Assembly (NCBI GenBank): GCA_964540135.1
Contig: CAZILK010000001.1
Coordinates: 17,843-81,842 of the forward strand
Direction of reading: 5' to 3'
DNA from: an uncultured Candidatus Saccharibacteria bacterium
GTDB taxonomy: Bacteria; Patescibacteriota; WWE3; UBA101185; UBA10185
Length of the DNA: 64,000 nucleotides
Shown: piece after piece, positions 30,668 to 40,624 of the stretch
How the letters are laid out: the number at the start of each line of letters is the position of its first letter
Numbering within the stretch: position 1 is the stretch's first letter
Translations under genes and position numbers: made by a program
Notes under the pieces: generated by a model
What the model saw: the letters and a program-made list of their open reading frames with translations, nothing else
Told to the model about the DNA's origin: nothing
Database searches by the model: none

Positions 30668-32140
30668 ATGAAAGTCACAATTATAAAGATTAGCTGTTTC
30701 GCATTTTTAATCTATTTTTTAGGTTTTCTCTTTTTAAATAAGAGTGGCATAAACACTCTTCCCATACAGTCAGAAGACACTGTTCCAGCAATGTTTTTAC
30801 CAGTGACTTTGATAAAAGAACGAACCATGTTTGCCGATACCTATGTGAAAATGATGAAAGAGCGTTACCCCCAGCCAGATGACAAGCTTGGTATTTTAGG
30901 TTACACGCCTTTTTATCTAAAAAAAGTAGTGAAACTAAGTGAGCCTTACAAAGATTGTCTAAAGCATCCTAAAGATGCCGTTTGTTCAGTTACTACAAAT
31001 AAGTATGAGACGCACTACATGACTGCTTTTACAGTAGTACCGGGTTTATTAATAACCCCTGTTTATCTTATTCCTCTTGCTTTTAACATGCCTGTTACCT
31101 GGGATAATCTTATACTTTTGTCTCACATCTCTTCAGCACTGATTGTTATGCTCTGTGGTGTTTTTATGTATATTCTGTTACGAAAATTCTTTCTAGCACG
31201 AAGTGGGGATGACTCAAAAGCAGTGCTTTTAACCTGTGTCTATCTTTTTGGTACAGTAAATTTTGCAATGGTTTCCCAGTCTTTGTGGCAACACGGGTTT
31301 GTACAATTATTTTTGATAATTGGTCTTATCTTTTTACAAACCGGACTCACAAAATATTCCAAGTCCTCGTTCATGTTGTCTGGTCTTTTTCTTGCTCTCG
31401 CTGTTTTATCAAGACCAACAGCTGCACTTTTTGCGGTACTACTGTACGTATTAATACCAATAACCTTTAGGAGAGATTTTCCAAAGCTAGTACGGGGAAC
31501 AGTTTACCAAGCTTTAGGAGTTCTTCCTGCCGCCTTTTTCTTTTTTTGGTATAACGCTAAATACTTTGGGAGTATTGCAAATCAAGGGTACGCAGGTCAG
31601 TTTTTTAATAGTTGGTTATCTCCTTTTCCTGAAGGGTTTTTAGGTATCTGGGTTTCACCAAGTAAAGGTATCCTAATTTACTCTCCAGTTCTCTTGTATA
31701 TTTTCTTTGGTATCTTAAGAGTTGTTAAAAACAAGAAGATTGAAAACAAAAGCATCTATATTATATCCGCTATAATTATCCTACTTCACACACTTCTCAT
31801 GGGTAAATGGAAGCATTGGTATGGAGGATTTTCTTTTGGTTATAGATTAGCTTCAGATGCTCTGCCGTTTTTTATTTTGCTCCTTGTTCCATATATTACT
31901 TCTAGTTTTCATGAGAAATACAAAAAAGTCTTCTATGCTCTTTTTGCTTTTTCAGTTTTCGTTCAAATTTCAGGCATGGTCTTTTTTGATGGTATTTGGC
32001 ATAACGCATACGATGATGGGTTTAGAGATACAAAATGGCTATGGTCTGTTAGAGACTCTGAAGCAGGTTTTAATGTGAGGAGGGTACTAGTGAAGTCAGG
32101 GTTTCTTGAGCGTGCCTGTCCGGAGTGTTTGAGTAACTAA
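30668..32140 (+). CDS. Polytopic membrane protein, putative GT-C-type (ArnT/PMT-like) glycosyltransferase
   Basis: 490 aa, about 11 TM helices; the segment SGLFLALAVLSRPTAALF resembles ArnT-family helices; glycan locus. Confidence 0.45.
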   Translation: MKVTIIKISCFAFLIYFLGFLFLNKSGINTLPIQSEDTVPAMFLPVTLIKERTMFADTYVKMMKERYPQPDDKLGILGYTPFYLKKVVKLSEPYKDCLKHPKDAVCSVTTNKYETHYMTAFTVVPGLLITPVYLIPLAFNMPVTWDNLILLSHISSALIVMLCGVFMYILLRKFFLARSGDDSKAVLLTCVYLFGTVNFAMVSQSLWQHGFVQLFLIIGLIFLQTGLTKYSKSSFMLSGLFLALAVLSRPTAALFAVLLYVLIPITFRRDFPKLVRGTVYQALGVLPAAFFFFWYNAKYFGSIANQGYAGQFFNSWLSPFPEGFLGIWVSPSKGILIYSPVLLYIFFGILRVVKNKKIENKSIYIISAIIILLHTLLMGKWKHWYGGFSFGYRLASDALPFFILLLVPYITSSFHEKYKKVFYALFAFSVFVQISGMVFFDGIWHNAYDDGFRDTKWLWSVRDSEAGFNVRRVLVKSGFLERACPECLSN

Positions 32141-32651
32141 AAGTATCGTACTTCTGTAATGCCTCATCTTCATCTATCATATCCTTAACTCTTTGAACTA
32201 CTTGCGCTACTTTTTGCTTAAGCTCTAGTCTAAAAGTCTCAGAACCCATACTACTTATAGCTTTCTGTGGTTGCTTTGCTACCTCGCTTAGTGCTTCTAC
32301 TAGATATCTTGTTTGATCAAAAGAACTATCAAACCGACTATCCAGTGTTGTAAGTATGTAAGGGTCGTTCGTATACACTATTAAAAATGCCCAGGCAACA
32401 TGATTGCTCTTGCACTCAAGTTTCATTTCATTGGCAGCGCGCCTTACACGGTACTCGGAACTTGCCGTGTCGATTACCATGTGGAGTGGTAATAACACCA
32501 TGCTTTCTAAGAAATCTTCATCAAGGTTATTTTGAGTAACAACGAAAGTTTCTACCCACGCTTGTGCTTCGCATATCATCAGTATGTTTATAGCATGCTC
32601 AAGTAGGTTGTTATACAGCTCCTCTGGTAAAGACGTAAGATCCTCATCCAC
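32070..32651 (-). CDS. Hypothetical soluble acidic protein (193 aa); possibly the C-terminal part of a frameshifted 337-aa protein
   Basis: Normal amino-acid composition; GTG start overlapping the stop of the upstream ORF; 3' end overlaps the convergent membrane-protein gene by 71 nt. Confidence 0.45.
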   Translation of the reverse strand: MDEDLTSLPEELYNNLLEHAINILMICEAQAWVETFVVTQNNLDEDFLESMVLLPLHMVIDTASSEYRVRRAANEMKLECKSNHVAWAFLIVYTNDPYILTTLDSRFDSSFDQTRYLVEALSEVAKQPQKAISSMGSETFRLELKQKVAQVVQRVKDMIDEDEALQKYDTFSYSNTPDRHAQETLTSLVPSSH

Positions 32652-33078
32652 ATATATTCCTTCTTATAGTGTTTAATCTTTGTATGAGCGACATTGCACC
32701 AGTTTCCGCCTCTTGATAGTGGTGCTGTATCTCGTGTTCTAGCATGAACTCTCTAAACACAGTGTTAAATTCTGTTTCCGGCATGCTTAAAATGTGTTTT
32801 TGTGCTCTTTCCGCAGCAGACAGTATTAATCGCTCATCTTCGTCTGTAAAGTAGCTTTGTTGTTGCCTTAAAAGATAGTGCTTTGCTAATACGTCACTTC
32901 TAAATGAGCGCGAGCTCTGTAAATTGATAGCTGCTCTAGCACCTGGCTCTTTCGGTGGTTTGTAAGAGCTTGTATCTTCTACTATGTTTATTTCTACGAA
33001 TTTAGGAGTATTAACCTCAGGCATATTGTAATTAGTATAGCGAATTATCTTCCACAAAAGTACATTTGGAACTATCAT
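32644..33078 (-). CDS. Hypothetical soluble protein (144 aa); possibly the N-terminal part of a frameshifted gene
   Basis: Opposite strand to the flanking glycan genes; no recognisable motif. Confidence 0.45.
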   Translation of the reverse strand: MIVPNVLLWKIIRYTNYNMPEVNTPKFVEINIVEDTSSYKPPKEPGARAAINLQSSRSFRSDVLAKHYLLRQQQSYFTDEDERLILSAAERAQKHILSMPETEFNTVFREFMLEHEIQHHYQEAETGAMSLIQRLNTIRRNICG

Positions 33079-33120
33079 GAAAGTGACTATTTAACAAACC
33101 AGTTACTGTATAATTAGTAT

Positions 33121-34326
33121 ATGGATATACAAAGTAAGTACAACATAATTTGCCTTTCAAATCAGTTATGGGATTTTCCTAACTGGACTAATAAACGTCA
33201 TGTCATGGCACGGCTTGCGGGGAGTGGAAATAATGTACTTTTTGTAGATCCTCCGATTAATGCAGGAAGGGTTTTATTAAAACAGATACAGCGTAAGAAC
33301 TGGGACGTAAAAAGGCTAATGACCCAAGTTAAAATTGACGGCAGTGTTCACGTTTTTACTCCGGTAAACTTATTACCTGTTGCTGAAGTTACTTCAAAGA
33401 TTCATGTTGGGCGAATCAAGAGAATTGCAAAGAAAGTTTTTGACCCTAATCTTAAAACACTTCTTTGGGTATACCATGTTCAGATACCTGATCTAAAATA
33501 CTACATTACTGAGCTTAAGCACGATCTATTAATATATGACTGTGTAGATAATTATTCCGGTTTTCCAAAACAAACCTCTCTTATTCGAACTGTTAAATCC
33601 GATACATCTTTAATTGAGCAAGAAGAGTACTTAGCAACTACAGCAAACCTCATTTTTGCAACAGCGCCTGCTCTTGTTGAGAAAATGCAAAAGTTTAACT
33701 CAAACGTCCACTTTACGCCAAATGTAGGGGACTATGAGAAGTTTAAAAATATCAGGAGTTTTAAAGATCAGATACCTGCAGATCTTAAAGCTATCGGAAG
33801 ACCAAGAGTTGGTTTTACTGGGTCTCTTGATGATTACAAATTTGACTATGACCTTATGAAAAAGATTGCCTCAGATCATCCGACCATTAATTTTGTTTTA
33901 ATAGGGCCAATTGCCTTAAAGGATAGGGAAGCCGGTGATACAGTTGATACTTTTAAAGACTTCAAGAACATTCATTACCTTGGTTCTAGAGATTTTAAAA
34001 CAATCGAGTACTATTTTGCAGGGTTTGACGCTTATATGATTCCTTATGTGTTAAACGATTATACAGTTGGTGGTTGTTTCCCAATAAAGTTCCACGATTC
34101 TTTAGCCGCAGGCCTTCCAACGATAGTTACAAATATGCCAACATATCTTCCGTTTTCGGATGTTACATATATTTCTAAAACTTACGACGAATTCTCCAAA
34201 AACCTAAGACTCGCTCTTGATGAGGATACTCCTGAGCGAATAAAAGCTCGCCAAGCGGTTGCAAAAGACAATAGTTGGGAAGGTAAAGTTGCTAAACTTC
34301 TCTCACTCATAAACCAAAATATTTAG
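33121..34326 (+). CDS. Glycosyltransferase, GT-B fold (GT1/GT4-like C-terminal domain)
   Basis: C-terminal GFDAYMIPY...CFPIKFHDSLAAGLPTIVTN resembles the donor-binding domain of GT-B transferases. Confidence 0.6.
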   Translation: MDIQSKYNIICLSNQLWDFPNWTNKRHVMARLAGSGNNVLFVDPPINAGRVLLKQIQRKNWDVKRLMTQVKIDGSVHVFTPVNLLPVAEVTSKIHVGRIKRIAKKVFDPNLKTLLWVYHVQIPDLKYYITELKHDLLIYDCVDNYSGFPKQTSLIRTVKSDTSLIEQEEYLATTANLIFATAPALVEKMQKFNSNVHFTPNVGDYEKFKNIRSFKDQIPADLKAIGRPRVGFTGSLDDYKFDYDLMKKIASDHPTINFVLIGPIALKDREAGDTVDTFKDFKNIHYLGSRDFKTIEYYFAGFDAYMIPYVLNDYTVGGCFPIKFHDSLAAGLPTIVTNMPTYLPFSDVTYISKTYDEFSKNLRLALDEDTPERIKARQAVAKDNSWEGKVAKLLSLINQNI

Positions 34327-34339
34327 GTATAATTGCTGC

Positions 34340-35449
34340 ATGAAGATCCTGTACGCTATCAATTCAGCTGTGCTGGGGGGTGCTGAAAAGCATATTCTTG
34401 AGTTAGCTGGTGGCATGAGGGAACGGGGGCATGAAGTTCATATCTGGTGTCCCCAAGGACCGATGAATACCCAGTATAGGGACGCAGGAGCAACTGTTGT
34501 AACTACACAGGCGAAGTTTGATTTGGATCCCAAATACATCGCAGCTCTTTATAAGCATTTAAAAGCACATAACATAGATGTTATTCATACACATGATCTT
34601 AAGGTTGGCTGTAACGGTCAGTTAGCAGCAATTTTTGCTAAAACACCAGTAAGAATTGGGCATATTCATACCCCTATTTCTACATGGAAAATACCCGTGG
34701 TTAAAAAAATAATTGATCTTGTAGTCTATTTTTTTGTTGCCAACTTTCTAGTTAGTAAAGAGATTGCCATAACTGAGGTTGGAAAAACTACAAAACAAAA
34801 AGAGGGGATTTCTAAAAACAAATTAGTTGTTATCCCAAATGCGGTGGAACCTCCGCGCACAGTTAATGTCTTAAAAACAAAGGATTTTACACAGAAATGG
34901 GGCTTTGAAACTAACTTTATCATTGGATGTATAGGTAGACTAACACCTGAAAAAGATCCGTTTACACTTTTGAAAGCATTTAACAAGCTATCTCAAGAAG
35001 ACGAAAATGTTAGGCTTGCACTTATTGGAGGTGGAGAGCTTGAGCAGCCACTCAAAGATACAATAAGTGAGTTGAAACTAAATGATAAGGTTATTATAAC
35101 TGGAGTATTTGAAGATACCGATAAAGGTGAGCTCTATAAAGCATTATCACTTTTTGTTTTTCCTTCACAAGCTGAAGGTTTTGGCTATGTCCCGCTTGAA
35201 GCATTGTCTTATGATCTGCTGGTTATATCCTCAAACTTACCTGTTCTTAAAGAAGTTCTTGGAGACAGTGCGTTGTACTTTAACCTTGGCGACCCTGTTA
35301 GTTTATACGATGAGCTTAAACTTGCTATAAACAACTACTCTAATCTTCAATCTGAAACTGAAGCTCGAAAAAAAGTATTAAACGCTTTTACACATGAAAA
35401 GTTTATTAACGCACATGAAAAACTTTATAAGGAGCTATTAACGAGATGA
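34340..35449 (+). CDS. Glycosyltransferase family 4
   Basis: MKILYAINSAVLGGAEKHILELA N-terminus; EGFGYVPLEALSYDLLVISS E-x7-E motif. Confidence 0.85.
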   Translation: MKILYAINSAVLGGAEKHILELAGGMRERGHEVHIWCPQGPMNTQYRDAGATVVTTQAKFDLDPKYIAALYKHLKAHNIDVIHTHDLKVGCNGQLAAIFAKTPVRIGHIHTPISTWKIPVVKKIIDLVVYFFVANFLVSKEIAITEVGKTTKQKEGISKNKLVVIPNAVEPPRTVNVLKTKDFTQKWGFETNFIIGCIGRLTPEKDPFTLLKAFNKLSQEDENVRLALIGGGELEQPLKDTISELKLNDKVIITGVFEDTDKGELYKALSLFVFPSQAEGFGYVPLEALSYDLLVISSNLPVLKEVLGDSALYFNLGDPVSLYDELKLAINNYSNLQSETEARKKVLNAFTHEKFINAHEKLYKELLTR

Positions 35450-36588
35450 AAGTGTTAATGCTTGGGAGAACTGATATAAAAAGTAATCCTGGAGGCGATC
35501 TTATTCAGATTGAACAAACTGCACTCGAACTTCGAAAGCTTGGTGTTCAGGTTGATTTAAAAACCACTTGGCATGTTGATATGTCTAAATACGACCTTGT
35601 TCATATTTTTCAACTTGACTGGGTATCAGAGTGTTTTATCTACGCAAGAGAAGCAAAAAAAGCAGGTAAAAAGGTTGTTTTGTCCCCAATACATCACAGT
35701 ATTAAAGAAGTGGAGCTGTGGGAAAAACAGTTCGCGTTTGGTATGCGAAAACTAGCCAGTACCTTCCTGCCTACCCAATTTTTACGGGATACAGCAAAGA
35801 TAGTTTACAGAGCACTATTTTTTGATCACGCAAAGCTCCTTCCTGCTTTTTATGCAGGAATTTATGGACTTAAAAGTCTTCATCAAAAGACTCTTGAGTT
35901 ATCAGATCTTGTTCTTGTACAAACACAGGCTGAGGTAGTTGATCTGAAGTCTACCTACGGTGTTGATTTTAACTGGCATGTTGTACCAAACGGAGTAGGG
36001 TCAAACTATATAGAAACTGCCGGTCAATTAACTGAGAATACGGTCCCGCCTCTAGCTTTCACTGACTATATTCTGTGTGTAGGAAGAATTGAGGCGAGGA
36101 AGAATCAATTAAGTGTAATAAAAGCTGTTGAGAAATTGAGGAACGAAACAAATAAAGATCTAAAGCTTGTATTTGTTGGAAGACTTAGTAGAACACAGAA
36201 AAGTTATGTAAATCACTTTTTAACTGAGGTTAAGAGTTATGACTGGATAGCTCATCTTGAGTGGATTGACTACTCTAAAATGCCAAGTGTTTATAAGTTT
36301 GCAGCAGTTTCTGTATCTGCTAGTTGGTTTGAAACAACAGGCCTTACTAGCCTTGAGGCTTTGTACTGTGGTTGTAATGCTGTTGCAAGTGGAGCGAGGG
36401 CTTTTGAGGTGCTGGGTGATCTTGTTGAGTACTGTGATCCTTCAGATATTGATAGCATTAAGGACGCTATCAATAAACAATTAACTAAACCAAAACCTAT
36501 ACTCAGTAACGAGTTTAAACGCAAATACACTTGGCAAAAGAGTGCCGAAAAAACATTAAAATTATATAATGAGGTTCTTAATGACTAA
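35446..36588 (+). CDS. Glycosyltransferase family 4
   Basis: GT-B organisation; ETTGLTSLEALYCGCNAVAS motif; 4-nt overlap with the upstream GT4. Confidence 0.8.
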   Translation: MKVLMLGRTDIKSNPGGDLIQIEQTALELRKLGVQVDLKTTWHVDMSKYDLVHIFQLDWVSECFIYAREAKKAGKKVVLSPIHHSIKEVELWEKQFAFGMRKLASTFLPTQFLRDTAKIVYRALFFDHAKLLPAFYAGIYGLKSLHQKTLELSDLVLVQTQAEVVDLKSTYGVDFNWHVVPNGVGSNYIETAGQLTENTVPPLAFTDYILCVGRIEARKNQLSVIKAVEKLRNETNKDLKLVFVGRLSRTQKSYVNHFLTEVKSYDWIAHLEWIDYSKMPSVYKFAAVSVSASWFETTGLTSLEALYCGCNAVASGARAFEVLGDLVEYCDPSDIDSIKDAINKQLTKPKPILSNEFKRKYTWQKSAEKTLKLYNEVLND

Positions 36589-39496
36589 TTTTGAACCCAT
36601 TGTGGGGCTTGTAATATTTGTGGTTGGGTTGTACGCAGTTATTCGTGACTGGCGCTTCTTCATTTATATTCTGCTTTTTTTTAGTGTATTTCTGCATAAA
36701 GAATTGTTTAGTTTATACAAATGGGATTTGATGCCGATTAGATTTTTAATGGCAGCGGTATCGGTTTTTGTATCATTTACGGCTATTCGTAAACTTCTTT
36801 GGTTGTTTAAGAGAAGAAAGTTGTTGACTGGGGATGTACTTGCCCAGAAAGCGGCAGTCCTTGAGCTGCTTCACGACCCGTTTATAGTTTTCCTCTCACT
36901 TCTATGGCTAGTTAGGTTGATATCTCTTCTTTTCTCGGCAGATACTACTTCAAGCATCACGCTGTTTGCTTTCTTCACAACAATTTACTTTGGTGGTTTG
37001 TTCGTATACGTTAAGCTTAAAAAATCTACTACAGATAGCCTTAGGTTTATTAATTTCTATATTTTTATCGGGCTTTTGCTTTGTTTATTTGGCTTTGTTC
37101 AGTTGTTTGTCCATTATAGTTACGGACTAACAATTGGCTCTTTGTGGGCAATTCCAAAACACTTACCAAGAGTCGGGAGTATCTTTTGGGATGTGAATCA
37201 TTTTGGCGGATTTATAGCGTCTCTTTTACCACTATGTGCTGTTCAGGCTTTGACCTCTCACACTTTGAAAGCCAAAGCCTATAACTTGTTTTGCATCTTG
37301 TCGTTCACAGTAATTCTTTTCTTAACTAACTCAAGAACATCGTGGATGTTGATGGCTATCTCAGTTGTAGTTTTCTTGTTTTTACTTGTTTATAAAAAGT
37401 TAAAAGTCAAAGGTATTTTACTTGGGCTTGTTATAGCTCTTTTTGTAGCTGGTTTCTTTGTCTATTCCTACTCAATAAAAGATTCTGAATTTAGACTTGT
37501 AGTTAAGAATTATTTTCACTACAGGTTAGACTCATTTGATTCACATTTTCTACTTCTCAGGGGAGCCTCACAAGTTTTTGAAAAGCACCCTATTTTTGGA
37601 GGTGGTTATGGCAGTTTTTTTGAACAGTTCAAAAAAACTGAAGTTTCCTCCCTTTACTTAAGCCGGGATCCTGCAGGATTAATTACAAAAGTACCGGCTC
37701 ACACTATTTGGGGTGAGGTGGCTGCAGAAACTGGTATCCTAGGTCTTGGGGTTTTCATACTGCTATTTATCTTGTTGGTATCGGTTCCGCTCTATAACTT
37801 TTTAGTAAGCTCGTACCACAAAGATTATCTTATTCATGGTGCGATCGTTGCTTCAATTGTTGGTTGGTTCACAGCAGGTATTTTTTATTCTTATAACTCA
37901 GAATTCTTTTGGTTTGTGTTAATTTTATATCTTGCGTATTCAGCCAGTACTTACTTTAAGCTAGAAAATAAGCCGCTAGATTTACAAGCATTTAAACGGA
38001 TGATCAGTTATATTGAGCAGAAGTTTAATGCTGGGTTTATATTTCTGGCTCTCATTTCATTTACTTTGATTTTTATCAATCTTGGGAAACATACATTTAT
38101 AACTTGGGATGAAGCAATTTATGCAAAAATCGCAAAGAATATGGTTGAATCAGGGGATTATCTTAGGCTTAGATGGCTTATGGATAAAACTTGGTTTGAA
38201 AAGCCCCCTCTTTATTTTTGGACAACCGCATTGTTTATGAAAATCTTTGGCATAACTGAGCTTGCAGCAAGACTAACATCAGCTATTGCTGGATTTGGGA
38301 CTGTTCTTGTAACTACTTATTTTGCAAAAAGGGCATTTGGGAAAAGTGTCGCGTATCTTTCAGGTCTGATCTTACTAACAACTTTTCAATTTTTATATTA
38401 CTCCAGAGCAGCCATGCTTGATGTTACAGTTACATTTTTTATGGTCTGTGCATTAACTATTTATTTCCTGCGAGCAAGAAATACTACAACCTTGTTATTA
38501 TCAGGAGTTTTTGTTGGGTTGGCAGCTATGACCAAAGGTGTCGTTGGCTTTTTACCACTACTAATAATTTTTATGTTTGAAGTTTCACATGCTTACTTTG
38601 ACGAGATAGGTTTTAAAAAAGCTTTAAAAAACAGCGTAATTAACTCAAGTATTATCTTTCTCTTCTCACTGATCATCTTTCTCCCGTGGCACCTTTATAT
38701 GTTTTCTATATATGGACCAAGATTTATTGATAACTATTTTATTTACCATGTTCTTCAAAGAGCAACTGAATCAATTGAAGACAAAGGTAGGCCATTCTTT
38801 TGGTACTTAATCGTGTTAAAAGTTAGTATGCGGATTTGGTTTATACTCCTAATCCCAACATTTATATTTAGTTCACTTCTTGTGTGTGTAAGAAGGATTC
38901 CCGAAAGACTTGGGCTTTTTCTGTCAAAACAAGAAAAGCTTGGGATTGTCTATTTGTTGATTTGGGCTTCTGTAACATTCTTGTTTTTCTCATTACCTGT
39001 ATCAAAGCTAATTTGGTACATAATCCCGATTTATCCGGTTCTTGCAATCATTTGTGCGGTGGGCTTTATCTTCTCAGTTAAAAGTATATATAAAATACTG
39101 CCTGTAGGAGTGTTTAAAGATATTACATACATAAGTGCATTTGCACTTGTATTAATCGGTCTGACTTATTTTTATATCGAAAGAAAGAAAGTTTATACCG
39201 ATAATTTAACTTTCCCTCAAGTATCTGTTATTTTAAAGAGCAATGGGCGTTTTCCAAATGATACTGTGAGAATAGATAAAGTAGATTATCCTTTGATGTA
39301 TTATTATCGAAAAGGTCCGTACACACCTACCAGATTTAAGGAGATAAAAGCGCAAATGGCTCTTTTACCTCCTGGTTCAAGGCTAGTCTTCATAACAAGT
39401 GAAAGAAGGTATCAAGAGCTTTCAGCTCTTTACCCATTAATTGAGCTTTACTGGCGAGAAGATGATTTCGTTTTAGCTTCAATTACCAACCTATGA
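36569..39496 (+). CDS. Fusion protein: N-terminal O-antigen ligase/polymerase (Wzy_C) domain plus C-terminal ArnT/PMT_2-type GT-C glycosyltransferase domain
   Basis: Residues ~230-420 carry Wzy_C hallmarks (LTNSRTSWMLMA; R...PIFGGGYGSF; VPAHTIWGEVAAETGILGLGVFIL). Residues ~480-975 carry the ArnT/PMT_2 signature (TWDEAIYAKIAKNMVESGDYLRLRW...FEKPPLYFWTTALFMKIFG...RLTSAIAG). One uninterrupted 975-codon ORF. Confidence 0.8.
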   Translation: MRFLMTNFEPIVGLVIFVVGLYAVIRDWRFFIYILLFFSVFLHKELFSLYKWDLMPIRFLMAAVSVFVSFTAIRKLLWLFKRRKLLTGDVLAQKAAVLELLHDPFIVFLSLLWLVRLISLLFSADTTSSITLFAFFTTIYFGGLFVYVKLKKSTTDSLRFINFYIFIGLLLCLFGFVQLFVHYSYGLTIGSLWAIPKHLPRVGSIFWDVNHFGGFIASLLPLCAVQALTSHTLKAKAYNLFCILSFTVILFLTNSRTSWMLMAISVVVFLFLLVYKKLKVKGILLGLVIALFVAGFFVYSYSIKDSEFRLVVKNYFHYRLDSFDSHFLLLRGASQVFEKHPIFGGGYGSFFEQFKKTEVSSLYLSRDPAGLITKVPAHTIWGEVAAETGILGLGVFILLFILLVSVPLYNFLVSSYHKDYLIHGAIVASIVGWFTAGIFYSYNSEFFWFVLILYLAYSASTYFKLENKPLDLQAFKRMISYIEQKFNAGFIFLALISFTLIFINLGKHTFITWDEAIYAKIAKNMVESGDYLRLRWLMDKTWFEKPPLYFWTTALFMKIFGITELAARLTSAIAGFGTVLVTTYFAKRAFGKSVAYLSGLILLTTFQFLYYSRAAMLDVTVTFFMVCALTIYFLRARNTTTLLLSGVFVGLAAMTKGVVGFLPLLIIFMFEVSHAYFDEIGFKKALKNSVINSSIIFLFSLIIFLPWHLYMFSIYGPRFIDNYFIYHVLQRATESIEDKGRPFFWYLIVLKVSMRIWFILLIPTFIFSSLLVCVRRIPERLGLFLSKQEKLGIVYLLIWASVTFLFFSLPVSKLIWYIIPIYPVLAIICAVGFIFSVKSIYKILPVGVFKDITYISAFALVLIGLTYFYIERKKVYTDNLTFPQVSVILKSNGRFPNDTVRIDKVDYPLMYYYRKGPYTPTRFKEIKAQMALLPPGSRLVFITSERRYQELSALYPLIELYWREDDFVLASITNL

Positions 39497-40617
39497 AGCT
39501 TGCAATTGTTCATGATGATTTTATTCAACACGGTGGGGCTGAGAACTTAGTTTTAGCTTTATGTGAGATCTGGCCAGACGCTGTTTTATACTCAAGCTAC
39601 GCTACAAAAGAATGGGAGGCAGAATTAAAGCTTAGCAATATCAAGCTTGTTACCTCTTTCATGCAGCACCTGCCTTTTAAGAAAAAGCTCAATAAATTCT
39701 ATGCTGGGCTTTTTCTTTTCCCACTTGCCTTTGAGAGCTTTAAGTTTGATGAATTTGATGTTGTTTTAAGTGTTTCAGCTAGGTTTTCACACTGCATCGT
39801 AACAAAACCACAAACCAAACATATTGCTTATATCAACTCCCCAGGAAGAATGTTCTGGGAAGCTTTAGACTATTTTGAAGATACTAAATTTGCAAAATCT
39901 AGATTTCTTAATAAAGTTGCTAGTAGGTATTTGAAAACTATCTCAGCGTACTATAGAGTTTGGGATTTTACTGCCGCACAAAGGGTAGATGCAATTATTG
40001 CTAATTCAAAAACTCCAAAAGCTAGAATTTTAACTTACTATAAAAGAGAGTCTGAAATAATTTACCCTTTTGTTGATGTTACTTATTTTGAAAACACTAA
40101 AAAAACTAAAGGTAATTTTTATCTCGTAATTTCCAGACTCGCTTCATGGAAAAGAATTGATACAGCGGTCAGAGCTTGTATTAAAACAGGAGACAACTTA
40201 GTTGTTGTTGGGGATGGGGAGATGCTAGCCGAATTAAAGAGATTATCTGCTGGGCATAAGAACATTCAGATTTTGGGCAGAGTGCCTGAAAGCAGAAAAT
40301 TAGAACTACTGTGTTCATGTAAAGCACTAATCAACACACAGTATGAGGATTTTGGGATAGTTCCTCTTGAGGCAATGGCCTGCGGGAAACCTGTTCTTGC
40401 GTACGGCCGCGGCGGTGTACTTGAGACAGTTCTACCGGGAAAAACCGGAGACTTTTATTATGAACAAACACCAGAAGCTTTAATTTTAGCTTTAAGCTCG
40501 TTTCACCCAGAGAAGTATTTAATGACAGATTGTATCTTTCAAGCAAGAAGGTTCAGTAAAGAGCTTTTTAAAAATGCCATAGCTAATTTCGTAAATAGTG
40601 TATACTTAGGGAACTAG
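39493..40617 (+). CDS. Glycosyltransferase family 4
   Basis: MKLAIVHDDFIQHGGAENLVLAL N-terminus; FGIVPLEAMACGKPVLAYGRGG E-x7-E motif. Confidence 0.8.
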   Translation: MKLAIVHDDFIQHGGAENLVLALCEIWPDAVLYSSYATKEWEAELKLSNIKLVTSFMQHLPFKKKLNKFYAGLFLFPLAFESFKFDEFDVVLSVSARFSHCIVTKPQTKHIAYINSPGRMFWEALDYFEDTKFAKSRFLNKVASRYLKTISAYYRVWDFTAAQRVDAIIANSKTPKARILTYYKRESEIIYPFVDVTYFENTKKTKGNFYLVISRLASWKRIDTAVRACIKTGDNLVVVGDGEMLAELKRLSAGHKNIQILGRVPESRKLELLCSCKALINTQYEDFGIVPLEAMACGKPVLAYGRGGVLETVLPGKTGDFYYEQTPEALILALSSFHPEKYLMTDCIFQARRFSKELFKNAIANFVNSVYLGN

Positions 40618-40624
40618 CTATCTT

